Shown: piece by piece, positions 39,728-50,913 of the stretch
How the letters are laid out: every line of letters starts with the position of its first letter
Position numbering within the stretch: position 1 is the first letter of the stretch
Assembly (NCBI GenBank): GCA_011109175.1
Contig: RDEW01000050.1
Location: 26,694 to 90,693, forward strand
Length of the DNA: 64,000 nt
Source of the DNA: Dicyema japonicum
Lineage: Eukaryota > Animalia > Dicyemida
Direction: 5' to 3'
Made by a program: the position numbers and the translations under genes
Notes under the pieces: model-generated
Databases searched by the model: none
What the model was told of the DNA's origin: nothing
The model's input: only the letters and a program-made list of their open reading frames with translations

Positions 39728-42700
39728 ATGTATTCTTCGTTACGAAATTACATATTGCCGTTTTACGAGGAAAGAAACCCAATTTTCAAGTGTGATAAAC
39801 CGACTGAGAATGTTTTAGACAAATATGAGAATTTAGATAAAAACATCGAGCATACTGTTATTTTTATATCCATATATATTTGAGGATGATTCCCCTATTA
39901 ACTACGAGATGCAGCCTTGTGATAATATTACTTGGATTGGTGACAAATATTAATATTTCAGATCCACGAAACAAGAACTACATTTCCACAATAAAAGACA
40001 TTGGGGAAAGATCTAAACGACAGTATGAGGCACTCAACAGTCATGCTTCCTTTAATATACTACCAAACTCTAAATATGGAGAAATACTGGACGCATGCAA
40101 TGAAAACAGACAGAAAATTCAAGTTAGACTGACTTTGAATTACAGTCAAACCGACTATTGTTTCATTATATTGGACTGAACTGTCCACCAACTAAAAATG
40201 GGAAAATTTGGATTTTTAGAACCAACTCTAAGGATTTTTCTGATTTTGTTGAAATTGACAACGAAACGATTATGCATATCGTCAAATCACCTGCCATCTT
40301 TATATTCGATGTATCTGCCGCTGGGGCTATTATCCAGGATTTTAAAGTATTCACTCATTCTAGTTTAGAAATACATCAAAGGTCAGGACTACATACTCCT
40401 TGCTGCCTGTTCTGCAGATGAAAGGATAGCACGTGTCAGTAATTTACCAAATGACTTGTTCACCTGTTGTTTGACCTCTCCTGTCCTTACTTCCGTCAAC
40501 TGGTGGTTTTATTATTATTTTTAGGTTTCTTATGATTAATAATCAGAAATTTAAGAATATCTCCACGTTATTAGAGTTATATTATTATTTAATTAGAGAA
40601 TCCCTGGAAACTACAAGGACAGAAAAACCATCAATGGTCAACTTCACTGGATTCTTACTGCCATTCAGGACACTATGGCCTTCGAGATATTAAACTCGGG
40701 TTTTTTGTTTACTTACTTAGACAAATTTACTAATCTATTTCGTCGGGAGACTCTGGTCAGTTCACTTTTCAGGAACTACTTGCTGGCTTCTCACATTTTG
40801 GGCTATTATGGCATACATCCGGTCTCATACCCTTTTATTCCAAACACGGAAATTCATCCTCTGTGGTTTATCTTTGTTTTATTCTCGGGAATGTCTGGGA
40901 ATCTATTGTTGAAGAGGCAATACTTAACATTTTGTCCCCAAAATTTGAAAGTCCTAACCTTGCCTCAGGTTTCTTTGAAGAGGCGATCCAGTCGTTCGAG
41001 TTTTACACAAAAGTGAAGAGAAATGATGGTTCTCTGCTTCCGGCGATCCTCCAGGCTATTTTGGTTCAGAACAACCGTACAAGAGCATTTGCAGCACTCT
41101 GTGAGTATATTGATCTCGGTGGGGACTCAGCTGTGATGAATGTACTAATTATAGAGAATGTAGTTAGTGACTGCCGGATTTAGTAATTATATAATAAGAC
41201 TACTCCCCTCTTCCAAGGATACTTTGCAAACTCTTTTGTTGTTTGTTTGGGGTAGAATTATGACCGTTGATTATGTTTGTTTAATGTTTATTCTCAGAAA
41301 TCACAACAGGATTCAATGAATAATAATTTCTACAAATTATTCGTATCAGTAATTGCCAACCATGCATTATCTGACAAAACTAGGTCTTATGCTGGATACT
41401 GTCTAACTCTATTGGCTGATTCTGTCAACACAGGAGTCCTTGTTTGTGAAAACCAGGTATTTATAGTAAACCATCCCAGTCTTTGAATTTTGCCGACTCA
41501 ATCGTCGAAAGCTGTCTTTCCCTCTTCAACCAAGAGGAGAATTCTCACTACTATTTGTTCCTTACATCAAAGGTTATGACAATCCTAATATAGATTTATC
41601 AAAACAACCATTATTCCCACTCATCTGCCTATAATTTGGACATAGTTAAGAGTATTTGTCATTTTATGTTCAACAAATCCCCAATAGTATGTCATTGTGT
41701 CATTTATAGGTCAGAGCGGCCACTGTATATTGCCTCCGCTCTCTTTTGGTGAATCTTTACACAAACCCCGTAATAACTGATGATAAAATTAACATATACA
41801 CACAAGTTATCGACTGTTTGAGGAAGTCATACTCTAATGATGCCTGCTTTCTCGTTAGAATTGTTTGTTTTACATTTTACCACCAGGAGACCTCACTTTT
41901 AGTTTCTTCTCTCCTACTCAGTTTAATGTATTCCGAGATGACTTGTGACGAATCTATTTTCCTCAGAGTTCTTGGAAAGGTGTCTCTCCTTCGCTGAGGA
42001 TATCCATGCTTCGGAATCTATAACAAATGGTCCAAAATTTACTTATAGTGTTATTAAGTTGTTTCGATCACCACCTGTAAACCAACAAGTTACTTTAATC
42101 TGATCAAACAGGAAACTAAAGCGTGGATCATGACGGGTATGCTTAGCTGGGATCTCTACAGAAGACTGCATAGAGATTTTATGAGGCCCAATTATAGTCA
42201 CCACAAACTTAAATGCTCGGAAATATACGCCCGATTTGACCATGAAAATGATATTCGTTATAAAAACACGATGGACTGTGCGACAGATCTGTCTATTATC
42301 TCTGGTTTTTAGATTTTATAACTATAGATATGAGTCTATTTAGTAAAAGGAGGACAGTTTCACTCTCAGGAGGGAAATTGAGTCACAAAGTTATAGAGAT
42401 GAAGTACCAGACCTTTAGTAAAGAATTATTTGTATGCCATGACCTTGAGATTAGGTAATGTAGTATGTAATTAAAGTGTGATTAATGATTTATGTGCAAA
42501 AAGTGTGATTAAATCAACAAATTTAATTTCCTCATTTGAAATATTAAATGAACATGACAAAACCCTGTTATTAACAATATCTCGTACAAATCTGTGTAAT
42601 AATTAGGCAATCACTCCATCAATATTTACAGGAATGAAACAGGCTACGAATGTGTCAGATCATGGACTCCTTCTTTTAGTTTATACTAGTTTAATCAAAG

Positions 42701-43444
42701 AACCTGGAATTAGTTTGTGTTCTGCTTGGAGTCAAACCTTTGGGATCCTGGCAGTCTCTGATTATATGTCCATCTCTCTCTGGGACCTCGAATACGAGCT
42801 GATGACTACCGTTTTATGTTTTCTATATTTTAGAGAATTCCGTGTGTTTACTCTGGGATAACTTGCATAAAGTTTGATGATTCTGGAAACAAATATATTG
42901 CCACTTGCTTTGATAATGGATATGTGAGCATTTTCGATCTCCGAGAGAGGATTAGTTTATTATATATTGACAACTAAGATAGTCAGTCCAAGAATATTAA
43001 TTTTGGGAGTAGCATTTCTTCAATGATATTTGACTCTTCTCTTCCACAACCCCTTACATGCATCTTGTAAAGATTATTCTAATTTTAGATCAAATGGCCA
43101 AATATGTAGTTCTAAGATTATTGAAAAACAACAGATTAATGGATACAAGTTCCCTAGGAATATTTATTCTTCCATTTATCATCCCTTTTATAAGCTTATT
43201 GCTTGGTGATATGTCTGCTTATTATAGCTGCACTGACGATTCGAGAATCACTTTTGTTAATTCAAATATGATGACTTTGATGAATAATATATCTCCCATT
43301 ATTTACCCAAAAAATAGTTTTCAAGCCATCAAGTTCTGTTTTCATCAAATTGAGGTATTTCTCCAATCATTTTTATAGGGAAAGTTGGCGGTCTCTAATT
43401 TACAAGGAGTTGTCAACATTTATTATCATAATCAATACTTTTAG
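39728..43444 (+). CDS. RPTOR: Regulatory-associated protein of mTOR (Raptor), about 25 micro-introns, about 1050 aa
   Basis: WIDP, LFHYIG..PPTKNGKIWIF, FIFDVSAAG, LLAACSADE, LPNDLFTCCLTSP, IPG..DRKT..GQLHWILTAI and LFRRETLVSSLFRNYLLA, then HEAT and WD40 regions. Frame traced manually to TAG. Confidence 0.95.
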
Positions 43445-43499
43445 AAATTATAAATTTTTATTATTAAAATATTAACCCACTTTATCTAACAATAAAAAG

Positions 43500-43800
43500 T
43501 TAATATTTCTCAGGCAGGTTCGATTCTGGTTGCTGAAACAAGTCCGAGAGCGCCTTGTCCGATTGAACCCTCTGCCTCCTATACTCCAGTGTCAGGCTCT
43601 CTAGGGTCCGCTCTAATACAGTGGACTGTAGATAGGCCTGGAGCTTCCTATCTACCACCAACTGCTTCAGATAACCCTTGTGGTACTTTGTTACAATTCC
43701 TTCCCACTTAATACTATTGGAATAAAGAGGACCTTGCAACCAAGCATCTGCCCCATTTCGTTTGCATGCAAGTCATACTTCCTTTTTTTTCCACATCTAA
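43500..43800 (-). mobile_element. R4/Dong-like RLE retrotransposon C-terminal fragment
   Basis: KKRKYDLHANEMG...IPIVL.WEGIVTKYHKGYL...YLQSTVLERTLESL. Confidence 0.7.
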
Positions 43801-43859
43801 CAAGAATATTTTTTATGTAGTGACAAAAATGCACATCAACGATTGTTTTACATCTGTTG

Positions 43860-44420
43860 AAAGAATGCATACGCGTCCTCTTCGTCCACTTAGCAAGTTG
43901 GTGATCCAAAACTTGAGCTTCCCTGAGATCTCCGATTGAAATATTTTTTCTCAATAGTATCTTTCTCAGAACTGACTCGAACGCTTTGTTAATCGAGAAA
44001 ATCACTGTTTTCAAGTGTTTCGGCATATTTGGAAATCCACCTGGAATGAAGTTGGTCAATGTTTGTATGTTAACGTGGATCCCTCATTTTTGAATGATGC
44101 TGAAAGGTCTATCCGGTAAGAACTCTTTTATTCTCCGAGCACAAGCCTCTTAGGATATTAGACATTGAAAAAAGTAGAGACACAGGTCTAAATGACGCTG
44201 GGTCATCTTTTGGTCTTTTAAGTTTCAGTATTGGCCGAATATGTGCCTGTTTCCAGATTAATGTATATAATTTTGATTAATCGAACGAAGATCACGTTAG
44301 GAAGCTAACTCCCACGTCTCCAAGATTCTTGAGTAGGATGACTGGAATGTTATCAGGTCGTTATTCTTGTGAAACGTAGTTTATCCTTCTCCGAAAAGTA
44401 TAGCGGATCTGACACTCTTT
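43860..44420 (-). mobile_element. Decayed LINE family B RT fragment
   Basis: TNFI.GGF..PKHLKTVIFSINKAFES; homologous to 27050-27600. Confidence 0.8.
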
Positions 44421-44699
44421 TCAGTTTTAAAAATGCATCCGAAGCTGAGCTATTAACGACCCCCTACCTAAGAAGAAACCGTTATGGGCTTTATATAGAT
44501 GCTTATAATCATTCCCTTAGAGAAAAAAGTCATTATTACAAAAAATAAGTCACTTGTTTCTACGCAGCGTGATGTTCGGTGGACAATACATAACGATCGC
44601 ATCCATTAATTCATCGAAGGAGTTTTCCAAATGGATCACTTGCCTTCACCACAAAAATTCTACAAAATAACTCGGAGTATTTAATACCAGCAAAATATA

Positions 44700-45300
44700 A
44701 ACCCATAAAGTGACGCGCGGTACCTCTTAGTCTTATATTGCGGCATTTTGCGCTTTTCACATTCTAAATTTTCCTATTTAATTTTTGTGAGCCTCTCAAC
44801 AGTCTGCGTATGTGCACCTGTCCTCCGGTCTATAAAATTTCGTCTGCAAATTTATAAACGAATTTTGAAAAACCTGTGATTAACTTTGAGGTGCACATAG
44901 GCAAGAGCATTAAGATCTGGCGTTGAATAGCCTATTTCCAAGAATATATTAATTACAATTACCCTTCCATTTGTCAGTATGTATCACTGATCCCGTGCGA
45001 TACTGGTTTGTAAAAAAACTGTCGTGCCTTAAAGCCACGTACCTAAAAATAAAGTACTCACTTATTGTACCGTTTCTGACAGAACTATAAGTTCGACACC
45101 CGCTTTTATCGCACACCCATGTTGTATTCTACCGCTGATAGAAAGGGTCATCAAATGTCTTTTAAGGCATTTCTTTTCTTTCGGGAAGATTCCAACCTCC
45201 TGAAGGAAGGCAACTGACTCCATTTCAGAATGTGGTAGCTCGTAGTCCTTCAGTTTTGAATATTTTCGCATAACAACTATATCACTAATACCCACAAGCC
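44700..45300 (-). mobile_element. Merlin/ISXO2-like transposase remnant
   Basis: AFLQEVGIFPKEKKC Zn-ribbon start and NFIDRRTGAHTQTVERL motif. Confidence 0.7.
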
Positions 45301-45660
45301 GGTAAAAAATTCAAAATTTTATTTAATAAAATTTATAATAATATTTACAAATTCGGCATTGTTCATTTCTTTTATTTTTAGATCTAATATTAAAAAAATT
45401 TCATTAATTCATTTAGGGCCTTATTTCGTGAAGCATGTATTGAAAAAGAACCGAATTATTATTAATAAGCCAAAATTTACCACGTCAACACTAAGGCAAT
45501 CAGGTGATTTCGGCTTCTCAGCAATATTTTCATTTTTTCACGGCGTCGCTCTCGGAAACTGAAGTTTTACATTAGAGAATATAATTAAAAAAATATATAA
45601 TGTTTTAATTATTTAATTTTGAAACGTGATCAAATAAAGTTTGATTGCCTGTGGTCTATA

Positions 45661-47123
45661 ATGTGTGAACCTGATGAGATTAAGACTGATTGTCCAAAGT
45701 GCAATAAAATGGTTGATATTTGACTAACCCCAGGGAGTCACTCGATCAATAATTACTCCCATTCCAAATTTTCAAACAGTCTCCGTAAACTCATTTCGTT
45801 GTGATGACTGTGATTTTTTTGTACGTAATGTGGAGACATTTGATTACAAGCCTCACGGAGTCATAATCACACTGAATGGATCCTCTATCGATGTAATCCT
45901 TACTTAGACGATAGGATCTCTCTCGTCTTATAGTATTGAGTGAGAATTGCAAAGTTAGTTTCCCTGATGTGTTCTTGGATATTCCACCACAGAAAGACAA
46001 AAATGGTATATTCCCTATAATATTTCAGTTCTGAATACTATTGAGCGCTCCATCAGAGAATTTAGTAGCAACTTGATTATCATGCAAACTAAGAGAAGGG
46101 TTATGAGTTATATAAGTGTCAGGAAGAAGATCCCGATTTTGCTGATAAAGTAGATGTAATCCTCTCCTATTTTAAAAATGTTTTGGAGACTGGGGTGTTC
46201 AAAATTATACTAAATGATCCCTCAGGAAACAGCTATATTGAACTTTTGTAGTTTTGTTACCTCATTTTAGACAAGGAGGGGTCACTGTAGAAAATTACAC
46301 TCGTACTGAGGAGGATGACAGAATTCTGGGCTTAAAAGTTTTTGTTTTCAACAATATAGGAATTCTATGATGTCAAAGAGGAGAAGGAATATAATGATTG
46401 CGGAAACACGAAAGCCAGTGAGAATGATTTCTTAGTAATCCTAAATTGTTATTAAAGATAAACACATTAAAAGACATATGTGAGTCATGTAAGGAAGAAT
46501 GTGAAATGAATTGTCTTTTGGTGGATGTACCCCATTTTGACAAAGTAATAATGATGACTACTGTGTGCTGGCGATGTGGGCACAAGACCTGTCAGTTGAA
46601 ATCTGGGCAACCCTATCAAGCCTATGGAATCAGGTGGGAAATAAAGATCAGGTCGATGGATGACCTTATGAAGGAAGTTATACTGGTTGGGGTGTATTGA
46701 TTGTAGATTGAGTCCACCGTTATCAAAATCCCTGAATTAGAGTTTGAAAGTTCTGCTGGCATAGGACTGGACTCTACTTACACAACAGTTGGAGGGTATT
46801 TTAATCGGACTTAAAAATATGGTTTTGATTGTTTGTTTAGTAGATTATCTCCGCAACGTCAGCTTTTATAGATGACAGTGATATTTCTGACCAAAGTGAG
46901 GATGTCATTAATTTGTTAAAGAACATAGATGAGGTGGTATATGTGTATATTGTAGATTTGTAATAACACTTTTGGTGAGGTTACTCTATTGTTGGATGAT
47001 ATAACTGGTAATTGTAGAATACTAGTGGTTTTCATTTTTGTTATTTTAGAGTGAGGGGATGATAATATTGTGAGTACTAAATATAATAGAACAAGAGAAC
47101 AGGATGCACAGTTGGGACTTTGA
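45661..47123 (+). CDS. ZPR1: Zinc finger protein ZPR1 (two ZPR1 modules), with two apparent 1-nt indels
   Basis: CPKC..IPNF..SFRCDDC, LNDPSGNSYIE, YTRTEEDDRILGL, CESC..VPHFDKVIMM..CWRCG..KSG, IPELEFE, LDDITGN and YNRTREQDAQLGL. Confidence 0.92.
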
Positions 47124-47399
47124 TTATTGATTCCTTTAATTATTAATGTCTTATGGTCGGTAATAAGAGATTAATTATTTGAACGATTTTCGTCCTTGAT
47201 GAAGAAAATCCTTTTGGTGAGGCCATTCTATTACAATTCTTGCTTCTGTTGTGGTAAGGAACGTCCTTTATGGATTAAAAATTGTGAAAAGTTTTCTTAC
47301 TGAGAAACTTCCTGGAAGGTTTAAGCGATTCGGGGAAACGATTTATTAACAAAAATGAATGATTTAGATAATCAATACTTTGCAGACAGAATTGCGTTT

Positions 47400-48900
47400 C
47401 CACGTAATACGACAATCTCGATTCGTTTTCGAAGGATCCTTCCGCTCCCGACGTTCCTATAGCCACTGGTGTAAATCGGTCTCTAATGGCCGAGTACTTC
47501 TGGACCCTTGCCAAATCTGCTGTGTTGGCCGTAGATCTCAGTTTATGAACAGTCAATTGTTCCTCCATAACGGAATCTTTTTTTCTGGCGGACGTCAAGT
47601 CCCAATCCTTGTGCTACTACGATTCTAATACAGTCTTCGTACATAAGAGTTCCAAAGAAGCGCATGGAAATGCTTGGAGCCATGCACCACTCCCATGTTG
47701 TGCAGCATACAGAAAACAGGCAAACCGTTGTTGGTTCGACTCTTGCTTTATACTATCAACAATAGCATTGCAGGAAATTGCTACCCTGGATTTGATGCAT
47801 CTTCTGAGATCGGAAATCCTGCTTCCCTCCACTGTAAGCAAGCTTCGTCAAATACTGTGTCCAAGGAAAGTCCAGTAGGGTGACGTATGATTTCTTTGAC
47901 AAGATGACTGCAACTCGAAAACGACGATAGGTATGCCGGATGGGCGACCTATAAAGCCGATCTTAGGCCAACTCCTCCGAGACTTGAAGGAAGTTTGCAT
48001 TGTGTCCAACCCAGGTCATCAAAACGTAAATTCAGTAGTGACTCGGCTGTTTGCCTTAGCATCTGATCCAGGCTCAGTAGCAAATCTCGATGTCCGAAAC
48101 ACGGAGAACTCCGCATAGAGTATTGCAATTTCGGCAAACATATGCTTCTCATGGGAAAAAAGATGTGTGGGAGTTCAGAATAGCAAGTCTCTTCGTAAAG
48201 AGGGAAAGCACTTCCAAGCGGCTTCAATTGGACAGGAAATCCGGCAGCCTCAAGTCCCCAAGCAATATCTCCATTGATTGCGGCGTGTCTAGGACTCCTT
48301 CAGCACTCCTCCGGCAGGAGAGAGCGTGAAGACCTTTCGCGTCAACCATTTCTCCACATCTACACCAATGGGTCGTGCAAACGTCCATTCCGAGGCATAC
48401 GGAAACCCCAATCCTCGTCGCGTCATCATCCAATAGTGTCCCAAATAAGGTGCATGGTAAGGTTCTGAGCCAGGCTACACTCTTGTTCGTCGATGCAGAA
48501 GCCAGACAAGTCATGCTGATCAACCACAGGTTTTATCTCTTCTATGATTTTTGAGCATAAAAGCTTGTTCCATTCTCGTTGCTTATTAGCGTTCTTCGTG
48601 AATCAAACACCCAGTCACATCCAGACTTCCCGAACCATGCATACTACTGGTTCAGGGTCCGATCCGTTAATGTAGCGTATATCTGGCGTGTGAGACTACT
48701 GGAAGCATATGTCGAAGATAGGTAAGATTAATAATCGACTCGATGAGATTGTCCAGTTTAGCTGTAGGAGCAGACGTCAGATCTTGATATGGCCAGGACA
48801 CAGTCTATCCAGTCCTCCGATGCTACTGGCAGCAAACGATGCAATCCCGAGTCGCACATCTATAACGTTGATGGGTATCTTTAAAGTGTTTCAAGAGTAG
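47400..48900 (-). mobile_element. Cluster of rearranged CRE-clade fragments
   Basis: FGTLLDDDATRIGV..CRCG..GLHALSC, LPSSLGGVGLRSA, GAWLQAFP and RFTPVAIGTSG. Confidence 0.8.
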
Positions 48901-48999
48901 TGGGTATGCAAAGGTCGTCTGAAACCTCTCATAGAGTTTGTCAGGATTAGGCGGTGGTTTGGCTAAAGGTTTACATATTTGCGGGGTATGAATGCTGGT

Positions 49000-49335
49000 G
49001 AAGTTTTGTTTGTCCGGGCCACTCAAAAAAACGGAATTTATTGAGCAAAGTATCACCTATAGCTTGGTGGAACTTTTACCAGTTACCTTCTGAAGTAATT
49101 TCACTCTGCAAAAAAATTCTTGGAGCAGTTGCTATCACAGGTGGAATAAAACGAATTTTTTCGACTTTTGTATTCTTACATTCAAATTTACGAAATAGGA
49201 TGGGAATTGAAAAAGCTGCCAAACTTGTCTTTGTTTACAAGCTTTTAAATAAATACGATTTCCATTGTTTTTATTTTACTTTGTTTCCGAATAAAAATCA
49301 TTTAAATCAAAAAATCATGATTTTTAACAACCCTG
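49000..49335 (+). mobile_element. hAT transposon right end (dimerisation domain plus TIR)
   Basis: GIKRIFSTF..HSNLRNRMGIEKAAKLVF; ends ...aacaaccctg (CAGGGTT terminus). Confidence 0.8.
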
Positions 49336-49643
49336 GTTGCAATTGCCTCCGCTTGCTCTTCAGTATTGTCTTGCCAATTTTGTCTTTGATGGAAGAATTC
49401 CCTTCTCGTAAACACATTCATTATTATAAAAATGACTAGAAATCCATCAAAGTAGATGTTGGAGATATTCAATTTAAATTACTTAAAATGATCTTATCTT
49501 TGTTTACAAAAATTAAATAATAATATTGCCATTTACTAGACTTAATGTTTTCCTAGTTAATGATCGTGGTTGCAAGACAGAGACTCTTTTGATCATGAAT
49601 GGCCTAATGGAGATCTAAAAATGGAATTGTTAAAGTTTAATAG

Positions 49644-50704
49644 TTAAATGTGGTTATTGTAGGACATTATTATTGACATTAATGTCTTTTTATCAATTAT
49701 ATCCTTTATTGGGGATATATTAATAAAGGTATCACATATTTCTTGAATATCTTTACCAGTGAATGTCTAAATAGTAACACAATTTACTTGATTTGTTATT
49801 TCATGAAGTTCTCTAAAGAATGACCCCAATTCTGCGCGAGTTAGGTAATTTTTATTACCCTATCACTTGTTATTAACTAACGTGTCTTACATTATCACAA
49901 AATTGAAAAGTCCTGTTGATATCCTCCTTTGAAAGTTTTCCTGGCTTTTTGAATCCATTGTTGGCCATGAAATTCTCCTTGATTGGCAGTAAACAAAATA
50001 TTATTATTTATTTACCGAATCATCTCCTGTAAGTCTAATTTCCCGTCCTTATTAAAGTCAAATATTTCCAACTAGTTATACAATTGTAGAATTACCATTA
50101 TTTCACAATATTCCTGAAACTTTGACTCAGACACCTCGTTATACCCATGTTTTCTGAGTAAATAATGTAAAAATTTCTAAATTTGAGTTCAAATCAACAT
50201 TTAGTTCATGTTGTTCGATGAAACCATTAGAATCCTCATCAAATTCTATCCAAACCTTCATAAACTGAATGCTTGAGTTTAATTTGGTTTCCTCCCTGAA
50301 AAACAACAGAAATTGTTCGTCTCCCGGAAGTATTTGAGTTAACTGAGGTTCAAATTCAATTTACCTCTCTTAACTCAATCTTCCCGTCTTTGTTGCTGTC
50401 ATAGGCTTCCAAAAAGGTTTTCTTTAATTCCTTGAAGGCAGTGTTGGATATTGCCTGGATAATAGATTAGAGTACCTCATCCCCCGCTTCCAATTCAGTT
50501 ACACTGGAAACCAAATCCCTCAGAAAATTATCGACTTCTTTTTCATCAATGTAGGAGTTAGCTGTAGTTGTTATAAATAGTACAATTAGTATCGTAGTGA
50601 TGCCACGTCTCCATGAATTGATGAGCTGTCAATTTTACAAATTCTCTGCTCTGTCGATTTCGGAAACGCCTGAGCACATTTGTTCGTTCATTTGTACTGA
50701 ACAT
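49644..50704 (-). CDS. Calbindin-32/calretinin-family hexa-EF-hand protein (Cbp53E-like)
   Basis: KLTAHQFMETWHHYD, FLEAYDSNKDGKIELREL..ILP..EQFLL, FMKVWIEFDEDSNGFIE and FDFNKDGKLDLQEMIRLLPIKENF; 8 introns. Confidence 0.92.
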
Positions 50705-50913
50705 TGTAAAGTAATTGGAATCCCAATAATTTATGTAGTTTTCTTAAAACAGCTGTTATTGACGTTATTTAATAATAAATCCATTAACAGTTAGACCTCA
50801 GCATAATCAATGTGTTAACAATTAAAACATATTACGGCTATAATGCCCTTAGTTACCTTTATAATCAATTCACTACTGCGAATATATATTAAAGTACTTT
50901 TCAGTTCACTAGC

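Noticed and set aside
39857-39884. Apparent GT-TG first intron of Raptor joining to the ORF-track frame RMIPLLTT
   Set aside because: A canonical GT-AG solution gives DDSPINYEMQPCDNITWIDP, which matches Raptor better.
41995-41997. In-frame TGA in Raptor as stop-codon reassignment or selenocysteine
   Set aside because: A 19-nt GT-AG intron removes it. TGA, TAA and TAG all terminate genes here and Trp is TGG.
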